From assembly GCA_963702435.1 (NCBI GenBank), contig CAVPCR010000001.1, positions 1,024,001-1,088,000 of the forward strand: DNA of 64,000 bases, given 5' to 3'. A program made the translations under genes and the position numbers. Positions 18,521 to 27,895 of this stretch are shown here, in pieces. The notes below the pieces were generated by a model that was given only the letters and a program-made list of their open reading frames with translations, did no database searches and had not been told where the DNA came from. Each line of letters begins with the position of its first letter. The stretch's first letter is position 1. This DNA comes from Candidatus Eiseniibacteriota bacterium. GTDB taxonomy: Bacteria; Eisenbacteria; RBG-16-71-46; CAVPCR01.

Positions 18521-19276
18521 TCACGTCGCCGGCCTGATCCCCAGGAAGACATGCGCCGAGCCGGATTCGATCTCGCTGTGCACGAAGGGCAACGATCGCG
18601 CCTCGAATCCGGCTGCCGCGATCGCCGCGAGCCAGTGCGCATGGCTGAACAGGCCGCAGACATGGCGATCCTCGACGCAGCGCATGCGGTCGGGGCCTTC
18701 CCGAAGGACGTAGACCATGAAGGAGACGTAGGTCGAGTCGTCCACCACGGGGTCCCAGGTCCATTCGAGATAGCGCAGGCCGCGGTCTCCGCGGTCGTGA
18801 CCGCCATGGGACGTCCTCGTGCGGAACGTCTCGCGCGTCGCGTCGGGCGCGAAGAGGGCCGCCCCGCCGGGCCGGCAATGGACGTACGCCGTTTCGAACG
18901 CCCGGGCAAGATCCGCGTCCGATTGCATGTAGGCGATGGCGTCCTGGATGAAGACGGCATCGAACTCGCGCCCGAGCCGGACGCTCCGCATGTCGCCCTC
19001 GAGGTGTTCGCATTCTGGATTCAGCCGGCGGCTGACCGCGAGCATCCCGGGCGCCCGATCGACGAGCGTCATCCGGAAGTGCCTCTTCAAGTGCGAGGCG
19101 TTGTTGCCGCCGCCCGAGCCCAGCTCGAGGAGCGTCGCGGGCGGCAGCCCACAGGTCGCGAGCAGAGCCTCACGGTAGAAGGCCGCTTCCTCGGCGTAGT
19201 CCTCGGGTGCGGACAGGATCGGCCACCAGTCCGCGAGCTCGGTGTAGAGCCTGGGCAGATCCGGGGAGAAGGTCAT
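18521..19276 (-). CDS. class I SAM-dependent methyltransferase
   Basis: LLELGSGGG, EGDMRSVRLGREFDAVF, RPGG. Confidence 0.9.
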   Translation of the reverse strand: MTFSPDLPRLYTELADWWPILSAPEDYAEEAAFYREALLATCGLPPATLLELGSGGGNNASHLKRHFRMTLVDRAPGMLAVSRRLNPECEHLEGDMRSVRLGREFDAVFIQDAIAYMQSDADLARAFETAYVHCRPGGAALFAPDATRETFRTRTSHGGHDRGDRGLRYLEWTWDPVVDDSTYVSFMVYVLREGPDRMRCVEDRHVCGLFSHAHWLAAIAAAGFEARSLPFVHSEIESGSAHVFLGIRPAT

Positions 19277-19286
19277 GTCATCGCCC

Positions 19287-20165
19287 TCACAACGCCGGCA
19301 GCGGCTCGCGGCGCCGCAACCATTCTGCCGGAATGTCCGTCGCGGCAAGCGCGACGATGCCGCCCACGATGGCACACGTCGTATCGCAATCCCCCTTGCC
19401 CCGGACCGTCCACCGGAGAGCCTCCTCGTAGCTCGCGAGATGATGGGCGGCGCTCCACAGGCAGAAGGGCACCGTGTCCTGAGCGGACACCGCGCGACCG
19501 GTGCCGAGAGTCCGCGCCGCGTGCCGGAGGTCGTCGGCCGGGATCGTGCGCGCCGTCTCGACGCCGCGCTTCGTCAGGCCATCGGGGATCAAGGGGAGGG
19601 CCTGCGCGAGCAAGGCGTCTCCCGACGGCGGATCGCCGCCGGCGGCGACAGATCCCGCGACGAGGGCCGCCGCCACCGCGACCGCGATGGCGCCGGCCTG
19701 GCCTTCGCCGTGCGCGTGCGTGACCTCGGCGGAGAGCCGCGCCTCGTACGCGGCGCGCGCCGGATCATCCGCGAAGAACGCCCCGATCGGCGCGGCGCGC
19801 ATGGCCGCCCCGTTGCCGTAGGATCCGCCGCCAAAGAGAGCGGGCGCCGCCAGCCGCCAGTCGCCGCCGGCCGCTATCTCGAGCAGGAGGTTCGCCGCAC
19901 CACCGCCGTAGCCGCGATAGGGATTCCGGCAGAAACGCGCTGCGAAGTCCGCTGCCAGCGCGTCCTGATCGATCGAGCCGCGGCGCTCGAGGATCGCGAT
20001 GATGGAGAGCGCCATCTGGGTATCGTCCGTCCACGGCCACGGCCCGGCCGGGAGATCTGCGAGCGATGACGCGGTGGACGAGATCGAGAAGAAGAGCTCG
20101 CCGAATGCATCTCCGGTCGCCAGTCCCTCGAGGCTCCTGAGCGCCCGCGACAGTCGTTCATCCAT
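19287..20165 (-). CDS. ADP-ribosylglycohydrolase (ARH/DraG family)
   Basis: GLATGDAFG, WTDDTQMA, SYGNGAAMR, VTHAH, GDCDTTCAIVG. Confidence 0.92.
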   Translation of the reverse strand: MDERLSRALRSLEGLATGDAFGELFFSISSTASSLADLPAGPWPWTDDTQMALSIIAILERRGSIDQDALAADFAARFCRNPYRGYGGGAANLLLEIAAGGDWRLAAPALFGGGSYGNGAAMRAAPIGAFFADDPARAAYEARLSAEVTHAHGEGQAGAIAVAVAAALVAGSVAAGGDPPSGDALLAQALPLIPDGLTKRGVETARTIPADDLRHAARTLGTGRAVSAQDTVPFCLWSAAHHLASYEEALRWTVRGKGDCDTTCAIVGGIVALAATDIPAEWLRRREPLPAL

Positions 20166-20177
20166 GCGCGACTCCCT

Positions 20178-21074
20178 TCAACCTGCCCGGCCCGCTCGAT
20201 CGGTGCCCCGCCGCCATTCGAGCAAGGCCCCCGCGACCCACGTCGGCGCCGGCTGGTGGTAGATCACGGACGCATCGCTCGTCACGAGGTCCGGGATTCG
20301 CCCGCGCATGGGACCGCGCAGAAGGCGGAAGACCTGTCCCACATCACGCCCGTCGCTCTTCGCGACAACGCAGTGCGCATTGTACCCGTGGTAGTCGCCG
20401 CGCTCGAGGATCGCTATCCCCTCCTCGATCGTGCGGCGCGCCAGCTCGCGGCCCCCGGCCTCCGGCGAGAGCGACTGCTCGGGCGAGTCGCCGTAACCGA
20501 GTCCGTGGTGGAATGGATCGGTGGTCGCGACCACGACCGCCTCCTCGGCGAGGCGCGCGAGCTCGTCGATTCCCGGCAAACGCTCGGGCCGGCCGCCTGC
20601 CAGATAGGGATAGCGCTCGATGACCTGCGGGCCGGGGATGCCGCGCCGGCGCGTCTCCGCCGCGAGGAAGTGCCGAAAGCTCATGAGCGCGTGATCCTGC
20701 CGCCATTCTTCACGCCCGGGCAGACCGGGACCCTGGATGCCCCAGACCGGGAACCGCGCCGGATCCTCCCCCGCCGCGACGCGGACGCGGGCCTCCTCCA
20801 GCTCGTCGCTGAAAGCGTGGAGGACGCTCAGGACCAGGACCCGGTCGGCGCCGCTATCCAGGCAGGCGTGCACGGCGGCGGCGATCTGGTGGCCGCAATC
20901 GCGCACGCGCGCATGGGGAAAGACCACGACGCCGCGCGCCGCGAGTACGGGGGCGAGGTCGAAGCGGCGCCCGTGCTCGAGGAGCTCCGCCGTCCCCGCC
21001 GCGCCGAGCTCCGCGTGGTCGGTGCGATACAGAGCGTGAATCTCATCGCGGAGCCGGCGCCGATCGAGCGTCAT
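20178..21074 (-). CDS. hypothetical protein, divergent MEMO1/LigB-like fold
   Basis: VVVFPHA, RVLVLSVLH and VVVATTDPFHHG resemble the Memo PHAG and ASSDLSH motifs. Confidence 0.45.
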   Translation of the reverse strand: MTLDRRRLRDEIHALYRTDHAELGAAGTAELLEHGRRFDLAPVLAARGVVVFPHARVRDCGHQIAAAVHACLDSGADRVLVLSVLHAFSDELEEARVRVAAGEDPARFPVWGIQGPGLPGREEWRQDHALMSFRHFLAAETRRRGIPGPQVIERYPYLAGGRPERLPGIDELARLAEEAVVVATTDPFHHGLGYGDSPEQSLSPEAGGRELARRTIEEGIAILERGDYHGYNAHCVVAKSDGRDVGQVFRLLRGPMRGRIPDLVTSDASVIYHQPAPTWVAGALLEWRRGTDRAGRAG

Positions 21075-21093
21075 GGCGCTCCTTCCTCCCGCA

Positions 21094-21735
21094 TCACCGC
21101 TCGCCGGCGACGGCGAGCCCCATGAAGAAATCGACGAGTCCGGTCTCGAGCGAGTACTCGGCGCCGGCCACGACGAGACCCTCGCGCTCGATCAGATCCT
21201 CGAGGATCTCCGAGCCGTGGCGAAGGTGGTTCACCGACGCGCGCACGTTGGCCCGGACGGCTTGCCGCACCAGCGCGTCCGTGTCATCGCGCAGGTCCGT
21301 GGCGAGCAGGGTCTCGACCGACGGGCGGATGCGATCGACGATCGAGCGCAGATTGCGCGACTGCTTCGCAGCCGGGCGGCGGAGCTCATCCAGGGTGGCC
21401 AGGATCGCCCCGCACTGTGTGTGCCCGAGGACAACGACCAGTCGCGTGCCGAACTTGGTGGCCGCGAACTCGATGCTCCCGACCTGGGACGAGGCGACGA
21501 TGTTGCCGGCGACGCGGATCACGAACAGGTCACCGAGACCCTGATCGAAGACCAGCTCGGCCGGAACGCGCGAGTCGGAGCAGCCGAGGATGATGGCGAA
21601 GGGCTCCTGGCCGGCGACGAGGTCGGCGCGTCGCGTGTGGCTGAGGAACGTGTCGAGGCTCCGGATGTTCGATGCAAAGCGCCGGTTGCCTTCACGCAAT
21701 CGCTCGAGTGCTGCCGGTGCGGATATCATGCCCAT
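21094..21735 (-). CDS. beta-class carbonic anhydrase
   Basis: ILGCSDSRVP, LFVIRVAGN, LGHTQCGA. Confidence 0.95.
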   Translation of the reverse strand: MGMISAPAALERLREGNRRFASNIRSLDTFLSHTRRADLVAGQEPFAIILGCSDSRVPAELVFDQGLGDLFVIRVAGNIVASSQVGSIEFAATKFGTRLVVVLGHTQCGAILATLDELRRPAAKQSRNLRSIVDRIRPSVETLLATDLRDDTDALVRQAVRANVRASVNHLRHGSEILEDLIEREGLVVAGAEYSLETGLVDFFMGLAVAGER

Positions 21736-21949
21736 CGGTACTCCCAGCAGAGCGGCGGCTGCCCGTCGCGGTGGTCAGCTCGTGTCGGCCGGCACAAGCC
21801 GGCGGGCCAGGATGCCGCATCCGGTGCCGGCCATCGCCACACCCGGCGAAGAGAGGACCGTGTGCTCATCCAGATCTCCATTCAAGATGCCGGCCGGGCG
21901 CGGAGAGCACGCCCGGGGCGAGCCCACCGCGAGGTCGGCAGCCGATCGA

Positions 21950-22222
21950 TCAGAGCCGCGGAGCCATCTCCGCCGCGGCCGCGGCCGAGGTCATCACCGG
22001 ATGCACCTCGAACTCGACCAGATCCTCCCACCGGGAAAGCCACTGCGCCAGAACCTCGCGGTCCTCGCACTCCATGATCTGGAAGCAGCATCGAAGGTCC
22101 GTGGTGACCCAGCTGTCGATGTAGCGGAGCCCTGCGGGCGCGAGCCGGCCCCGGTCGCGGAAGCGACGGTACACCGGCACGGCATCGCCTTGACGGAAGC
22201 GCTCGACGATCATGAAGACCAA
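21950..22222 (-). CDS. DUF3303-like small protein
   Basis: GGAGG RBS then TTG; MIVERF...VYRRFRDRGR..P.GLRYIDSWV...CFQIME...WEDLVEFEVHPV. Confidence 0.7.
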   Translation of the reverse strand: MVFMIVERFRQGDAVPVYRRFRDRGRLAPAGLRYIDSWVTTDLRCCFQIMECEDREVLAQWLSRWEDLVEFEVHPVMTSAAAAAEMAPRL

Positions 22223-23046
22223 GGGACTCCTCCTGTGGGGGGCGCCGGAGATTGTGCGCCACCGCGCCAGGCCTCCTCCAGAACCACCCGGAAGAGCCCG
22301 TCCAGCGCGGCGACGGGTGCCGTCCGGCTCGCCCACGGGGCCGACATCGCGCCGAGGCGGGCCATCTCCGTGGCGATGAACTCGCTGAGCACCGGCATCC
22401 GCGGTCCCCGATCCAGCTCGACCCCGGCGCGCTTGGCCGCCAGGAGCTCCCCGATGGCCTCGCGGACGGCCGGGTCGGCCACCGTGGCGTCCACCAGCAT
22501 GGCGAACTCGATGGGAACGGGGCCGAGCCCCTGCTCGATCCACCGCATCGCGAGGAGCGGCCGCAGGACGTAGAAGTACTTCTTTCGCCACACGCTGTCG
22601 CCGCTCAGGTACTCCCGGATGTTCCCGCGAGCCATGTGGAGATAATGGTAGAAGCTCGCGCCGGGCGAGTAGACATCCGGGAGCAGGGCGCGCAGCCGAG
22701 CGCCGAGCGAACACCGCTCGCGGTAGATGATCGGGCACTGCAGCCACTCGATCAGCGGCGGATTGGACTTCCTGAAGAGCCGGAGCGCCTTGCGCAGGTC
22801 CCAGCCGCAGAGGTCGATCGAGTCGCGGAGCGGGTACTCGATGACATCCCGTTTCTCTTCGAGATCGATGGCAAGATACCAATCGGAAGGACGGACGTAG
22901 ATGAAACGAACATCATAGTCGGAGTCGGCGGACGGGAACCCCCACGCCCGGCTTCCGGACTCGACCGCCAGCAGGATCAAGGCATCGCCGCCGCCCTCGA
23001 CCTGATCGAGGGCCTGATGGATGGAGGCGATGACCTGCTCGTTCAT
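22210..23046 (-). CDS. YcgL/RlaP-like DNA polymerase beta superfamily nucleotidyltransferase
   Basis: AVESGSRAWGFPSADSDYDVRFIY, GWDLRKAL, KSNP, KKYFYVLRP. Confidence 0.9.
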   Translation of the reverse strand: MNEQVIASIHQALDQVEGGGDALILLAVESGSRAWGFPSADSDYDVRFIYVRPSDWYLAIDLEEKRDVIEYPLRDSIDLCGWDLRKALRLFRKSNPPLIEWLQCPIIYRERCSLGARLRALLPDVYSPGASFYHYLHMARGNIREYLSGDSVWRKKYFYVLRPLLAMRWIEQGLGPVPIEFAMLVDATVADPAVREAIGELLAAKRAGVELDRGPRMPVLSEFIATEMARLGAMSAPWASRTAPVAALDGLFRVVLEEAWRGGAQSPAPPTGGVPWSS

Positions 23047-23492
23047 TCAGTCCCGGCCCTGGTGAGGAGATCAGACAGGCGCTCGCGGAGGCCTTCCGGA
23101 TAGATCGTCTCGCCGGTGTCTCGCAATGCTGCGGGCGACCACCAGCGCAGCTCCTGGATGTCCTCCGCAGAGGTATTCTCCACCGCCGGCTTCACGGATG
23201 GCAAGCGCACGGCGAAGTAGCGTTCGACCTGATCGACCATACGACCCTGGATGCGGAATTCGAAGCGCCCTGCCCAGAGCTCGGGGCCGGGCTCGATCTC
23301 GAGGCCGGTCTCCTCCCGCACCTCGCGCGCGGCCGCCGCCCGATAGTCCTCCTCCGGCTCGAGGCCGCCGCCCGGAGGAGCCCAGTAGGAAACGACGCCT
23401 CGATCGCCGGCCTCCGTGTACCGGCAGAGGAGGACGGCACCCTCGGCATCGAAGATCACGACCCGCGCGACGCGCCTCAACGGCAGCATCAT
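23043..23492 (-). CDS. NUDIX hydrolase
   Basis: Nudix box PGGGLEPEEDYRAAAAREVREETGL; start overlaps the upstream stop. Confidence 0.9.
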   Translation of the reverse strand: MMLPLRRVARVVIFDAEGAVLLCRYTEAGDRGVVSYWAPPGGGLEPEEDYRAAAAREVREETGLEIEPGPELWAGRFEFRIQGRMVDQVERYFAVRLPSVKPAVENTSAEDIQELRWWSPAALRDTGETIYPEGLRERLSDLLTRAGTE

Positions 23493-24139
23493 CCCTCGAG
23501 ACCCGCAACATGCGTGAACGTCAGCCGGTTGCCAGAGGGATCCCGCACCGACATGTCCCGGGTACCCCACGGCATCTCCTCGATCTCTGGTCGTGCGTAC
23601 CGGTAGCGCTTCGCCGCGAGCTCGGCCTGGAACGCGTCGAGGTCGCCGGTCGCGATCCGCACCGCGGCGCCCGGGCTCGAGTCGCCGTGGTGCTCGGACA
23701 GGTGGAGTACGCAGCTGTCCTTCGAGATCTGCATGTACAGAGGGAGCCCCGGCTCGAACCGGTGTTCCCAGTCGACCTGGAAGCCGAGGAAGTCGAGGTA
23801 GAACTCCCGCGCCTTCGACTCATCGAACATGCGCAGGATTGGTGTCGCAGGACCGAAGCTCACGGTTCCTCCGTTGCTCGTTTCGTAATCCTGGAGCTCG
23901 TCCTTGAAGGCCTCGACGATGGAGGAGCTCATCGGGTAGAACGCGCAGTGGTTCGCGGTCGCGCCGAAACCGACGAGCACCTTGCCGTCGAGGCGGAAGG
24001 CAGGGAGCTGATAGCTGATGCACTCCTCGGCCCCGGGCGCCATGTGCCCGATGATCTCTCGGAGTCGCTCCAGCACGGCGCGCTGATCATCGCGCACGCC
24101 GGCGAGGTATTCGTCGATCGTGGGTAACTTGCCTGCCAT
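23489..24139 (-). CDS. in-frame fusion of a truncated DUF1801 (YdhG-like) domain and a glyoxalase/bleomycin-resistance (VOC) protein
   Basis: TIDEYLA...ISYQLPAF...HCAFYP followed by TPILRMFDE..AREFY..FLGF.VDW, LHLSEH, PWG.R..SVRDP.GNRL; internal GGAGG plus GTG at 23863. Confidence 0.8.
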   Translation of the reverse strand: MAGKLPTIDEYLAGVRDDQRAVLERLREIIGHMAPGAEECISYQLPAFRLDGKVLVGFGATANHCAFYPMSSSIVEAFKDELQDYETSNGGTVSFGPATPILRMFDESKAREFYLDFLGFQVDWEHRFEPGLPLYMQISKDSCVLHLSEHHGDSSPGAAVRIATGDLDAFQAELAAKRYRYARPEIEEMPWGTRDMSVRDPSGNRLTFTHVAGLEG

Positions 24140-24212
24140 GGCCGATATCCCTTTCGAGCGCGAACACCTGGCCGGCGCGGCGTGACTCAGTGCACCCTGA
24201 TGATATCGGCTG

Positions 24213-25109
24213 TCATCTGACCGCGGCAAGGAACTCGAGCACCGCCTTGTTGAATGGATCCGGGACTTCCAGGTGAGGCAGATGCCCGCTGTGTGCCAGC
24301 ACCAGACGCCGCGATCCGGCGATTCCCGCCTCGATCACGCCGACATGCGCGTGCACATCGGGGATGTCCGACTCGCCCGTCACGATCAGAGTCGGCACCT
24401 TGATCTCCGGCAATCTCGGCATGGCCGGCGTGCGCGGCCATCGCGCGTGGTTTCCCGAGCCGGTCAGATCCTGTGGATTCGCGGTCAGCAACGACCGCAT
24501 GGTCTGCCTGGCGGCCGCGCTCTCGGGAGCGGTGAGCCATGGATCGACCGACGTCCAGTACCGGATCTGCTCTTCCACCGGAGCATCGCCCGCCGGTTGC
24601 CCGCGACCTCCGCGCGTCCGGAAGTGCTCGGAGAATCCGAACCCGCTGACGATCGGACCCACCAGCACCAGCGACTCGACCATCTCGGGGTGATCCAGGG
24701 CGAAGCAGATGGCGAGGAGGCCGCCCGCGGAGCAGCCGAGGAGGGTGGCACGCTCCACTCCCAGAGCCGTCATGAGCGCATGCAGGTCCTCGAGATTGGA
24801 GAACGGTGCTGCCGGCGGGTCGGATCGGCCGTAGCCGCGGCGGTCCCAGCGGATCACGCGATGGCTCCGGGCGAACTCGGCGAACTGGGCATTCCAGGTC
24901 TCGCGGTGCAGGGTGCCGTCGTGGATCATGACGATCGCGGGGCCGCGACCCGCGGCCTCGTAGAAGATCCGTCCGCCGGCCACCTCGACGAAGCCGGACT
25001 CGACGAGAGAAGAGTCCGCTGCACCTCCGGCCGGTGCCGGCTGGGCCGCGGTGCCTCCCCCGAAGCTCACCAGGACAAGGAGACAGAACGGCAGGATGTG
25101 CTCTTTCAT
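24213..25109 (-). CDS. secreted alpha/beta hydrolase
   Basis: Signal peptide; MIHDG, DRRGYGRS, GCSAGG nucleophile elbow, SGHLPHLE. Confidence 0.88.
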   Translation of the reverse strand: MKEHILPFCLLVLVSFGGGTAAQPAPAGGAADSSLVESGFVEVAGGRIFYEAAGRGPAIVMIHDGTLHRETWNAQFAEFARSHRVIRWDRRGYGRSDPPAAPFSNLEDLHALMTALGVERATLLGCSAGGLLAICFALDHPEMVESLVLVGPIVSGFGFSEHFRTRGGRGQPAGDAPVEEQIRYWTSVDPWLTAPESAAARQTMRSLLTANPQDLTGSGNHARWPRTPAMPRLPEIKVPTLIVTGESDIPDVHAHVGVIEAGIAGSRRLVLAHSGHLPHLEVPDPFNKAVLEFLAAVR

Positions 25110-25128
25110 CGTAATCCCTCCCCGGGCG

Positions 25129-25785
25129 CTATCGCAGCGGCCGCACGCTGACTTCCCGGAAGAACACGGTGTCCTGGTCGCCGTGGTTCTGCAAGCCGAT
25201 GTACCCGATCCGCGGCCGCGGGCCGCGATCGGGCTCCCACGCCTCCTTCTTGGGAGGCACGGCCTGACCCTCGCGATAGTCGGTGACCTGGACGCCGTTG
25301 ATCGTCACCGTGGTGCGATCGCCGTCGAGCGTGATCTCCATCGTGTTCCAGTCGTCGGCCCGAGCCGGCCGGGCGGTCGGTCGAGTCAATGAGTAGAGCG
25401 CCCCGGTCGCATGGTACTCGTCGGCGCGGTCATCGATCTGGACCTCGTAGCCGCGGTTGACCGGCATCCAGGGGTCGCGGGGCTTCTTCGGAATCCGGAT
25501 GAACACGCCGGAGTTCGTGCCGCCCGGATTGCGATAGACAACTCGAATCACCACGTCGCCGAACGACTCGCGGGTGTACCACAGGAGGCCCATGCCGCCC
25601 TGAGCCTTGAGCGCGCCGTCCTGAACGACGAACTTGCCCGCGCCGACATGCTTCCAGCCGGTCAGGTCCCGTCCGTTGAAGAGATGTCTCCAGGAGTCGC
25701 TCTGCCCGGCGCTGACTCCCGACATCAAGGCCGCCGTGGCGAAGGCCACGGTGGACTGGCGCGCCAACCGATCGAGAGGGCTCAT
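25129..25785 (-). CDS. DUF1080 (3-keto-disaccharide hydrolase-like) protein
   Basis: LFNGRDLTGW, NSGVFIR, GYEVQI, WNTMEI, GYIGLQNHG. Confidence 0.9.
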   Translation of the reverse strand: MSPLDRLARQSTVAFATAALMSGVSAGQSDSWRHLFNGRDLTGWKHVGAGKFVVQDGALKAQGGMGLLWYTRESFGDVVIRVVYRNPGGTNSGVFIRIPKKPRDPWMPVNRGYEVQIDDRADEYHATGALYSLTRPTARPARADDWNTMEITLDGDRTTVTINGVQVTDYREGQAVPPKKEAWEPDRGPRPRIGYIGLQNHGDQDTVFFREVSVRPLR

Positions 25786-25913
25786 CCGGTGCTCTCCTTC
25801 TCCCCGGTCAGCGGCGGCGGCGCCGGGGCGACGAACGCCGTATCACGCTAGCAGGAGGCGCCCGCAGGCTCAAATGCTGCCTCGCCGCGCGCCGCTCGCG
25901 TACCATGGTCGGC

Positions 25914-27515
25914 ATGTCCGCCACGCTGGCCGAGGTGGCCGCCACCTCGCTCGCCGTCCGGGAGACCGCGAGCCGGATCGAGAAGGAGGAGCGCCTCGCC
26001 GCGCTCTTCGCGCGCCTCGACGCGGCCGATCTCGCCCTCGCCGTGAGCTATCTCGCGGGCGAGATCCCGCAGGGAGCGCTCGGCATCGGCTGGAAGGCGA
26101 TCGCCGCGGCCCTCGACGCACCGCGCGCGGCGGCCGCGGCCGATCGCAACCTGTCGCTGTTTCCCCCGGCCGAGGCGACGGCCAGCACCGGGCCGCTCCT
26201 CCTCGCCGAGCTGGACCGCTCCCTCACGGCGATCGCGCGCACGCGCGGTAGCGGGTCGGTGTCGCGCGCGGCCGCGCTCCTCCGCGATCTCATCGACCGC
26301 ACCGGCCCGAAGGGGCGGGACTTCCTCATCGCGCTCCTGGCCGGCGAGCTTCGCCAGGGTGCGCTTCGCGCGGTCGTGCGGGCGGCGGTGGCGCGCTCGC
26401 TCGCGGTGCCGCCGGAGTCGATCGCCCGCGCCGAGATGTTCGGCGGCGATCTCGCTCTCGTCGCCGCCACGATCCGGCGCGAGGGACCGGCCGCCCTCGC
26501 CCGCTTCGCGCCGCGGCCGTTCGTTCCGGTCGCGCCGATGCTCGCCCGTTCGGTCGCGACCGTGGAGGAGGCGCTCGCCGATCTCGGCCCCGCCGCCGCC
26601 GAGACCAAGCTCGACGGGGTGCGCATCCAGCTCCACAAGGACGGCGATCGCGTGCGCGTCTTCACGCGCCAGCTCCGCGACGTGAGCACCAACGTGCCCG
26701 AGATCCTCGCGATCGGGCGCGCGCTCGCCGCGGCGAGCGCCATCCTCGAGGGCGAGACCCTCGCCCTCGACGCGAGCGGGCGACCGCTCGCCTTCCAGGA
26801 CACGATGAGCCGCATCGGGAGGGAGGATGCGACCGCCGCCCGCGCCGAGCGCCCGCTCAGCGCGCTCTTCTTCGACCTCCTCTACCGGGACGGCGAGCCG
26901 CTCATCGATCGGCCGTACAGCGAGCGCTGGGTGGCCCTCGCCGCGACGACGCGCGGCGCGCATCTCGTCCCGCGCGCACTGGTCGTGGACCCGGCGGAGC
27001 TCGCCCGTTTCTACGAGAGCTCGCTCGCCGCGGGCCACGAGGGCGTGGTCGTGAAGGCGCTCGCCGCCCCCTACGCGGCCGGGAAGCGCGGCGGCCAGTG
27101 GCGGAAGCTCAAGCCGGCGCCCACCCTCGACCTCGTCATCCTCGCCGCCGAGTGGGGGCACGGCCGCCGGCGCGGGTATCTCTCGAACCTGCATCTCGGC
27201 GCCCGCGATCCCGAGGATCCCGCGCGCTTCTGGATGCTCGGAAAGACCTTCAAGGGACTCAGCGACGAGATGCTGCGCGCGATGACCGCGGATCTGCTCG
27301 AGCTCGCCACCGGCGATCCGCGCCAGCACGTGGTCCTCGTGCACCCCGAGCGTGTGGTCGAGATCGCGTTCGACACCGTACAGCGGAGCCCGCGCTACGA
27401 CTCGGGTCTCGCGCTCCGCTTCGCGCGGGTCAAGCGCTTCCGCCCCGACAAGTCACCGGCCGCGGCGACGACTCTCGACGAGGTGCGCGCGATCCACGCG
27501 CGACAGAACCCGTAG
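25914..27515 (+). CDS. ATP-dependent DNA ligase (LigB-like)
   Basis: PMLA, motif I ETKLDGVRIQLH, LEGE, FFDLL, EGVVVK, WRKLK, LRFAR..RFRPDK; start 25914 or 25905. Confidence 0.93.
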   Translation: MSATLAEVAATSLAVRETASRIEKEERLAALFARLDAADLALAVSYLAGEIPQGALGIGWKAIAAALDAPRAAAAADRNLSLFPPAEATASTGPLLLAELDRSLTAIARTRGSGSVSRAAALLRDLIDRTGPKGRDFLIALLAGELRQGALRAVVRAAVARSLAVPPESIARAEMFGGDLALVAATIRREGPAALARFAPRPFVPVAPMLARSVATVEEALADLGPAAAETKLDGVRIQLHKDGDRVRVFTRQLRDVSTNVPEILAIGRALAAASAILEGETLALDASGRPLAFQDTMSRIGREDATAARAERPLSALFFDLLYRDGEPLIDRPYSERWVALAATTRGAHLVPRALVVDPAELARFYESSLAAGHEGVVVKALAAPYAAGKRGGQWRKLKPAPTLDLVILAAEWGHGRRRGYLSNLHLGARDPEDPARFWMLGKTFKGLSDEMLRAMTADLLELATGDPRQHVVLVHPERVVEIAFDTVQRSPRYDSGLALRFARVKRFRPDKSPAAATTLDEVRAIHARQNP

Positions 27516-27549
27516 CGTGACGCCCGGATGAGGCGCTTGCAAGCTCCGG

Positions 27550-27802
27550 CTAGCGCCCTGTCCCCATGGTCACGGCCGTGCGCAGCTCGCGTCCCCGCAT
27601 CTGCGCGGCGTTGATCTCGAAGGGCTCGATCGCCGCCGGCGCGCCGGCGGCGGTCCTGGCGCCGGCGGCAGGCTGGCCCGCAGGCGACTCGGCTGCGGCG
27701 CCGGAGGACACGGCCTGGCCGGCGGGTTTCTCGGCCTGCTCGCCGGCCTGGTGGGCGCACGCGAGCAAGACGAGCAGGACGACGAGCAGCTTCCTGCGAC
27801 AT
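27550..27802 (-). pseudogene. short or broken lipoprotein remnant
   Basis: The ATG after a purine-rich RBS is one base out of frame with RRKLLVVLLVLLA-C (lipobox); reading ends after about 80 aa. Confidence 0.45.
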
Positions 27803-27895
27803 GGTTTCCCCCTTCCCTTCTCTGGTGAGCGGCGGGCGGGAGGTTACATGAGGACCGCGCTGAATGCACGCGCGACGAAGTGGTAGACTCCCCGC

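Noticed and set aside
21740..21945. Small gene between the carbonic anhydrase and DUF3303 genes
   Set aside because: No convincing start/RBS or recognisable motif; possibly a remnant but unsupported.
17782..25785. Integron cassette array with attC sites
   Set aside because: Most genes overlap or abut. The 24141-24210 inverted repeat (GCCGATATC/GATATCGGC) lacks RYYYAAC/GTTRRRY ends, and no intI is seen.
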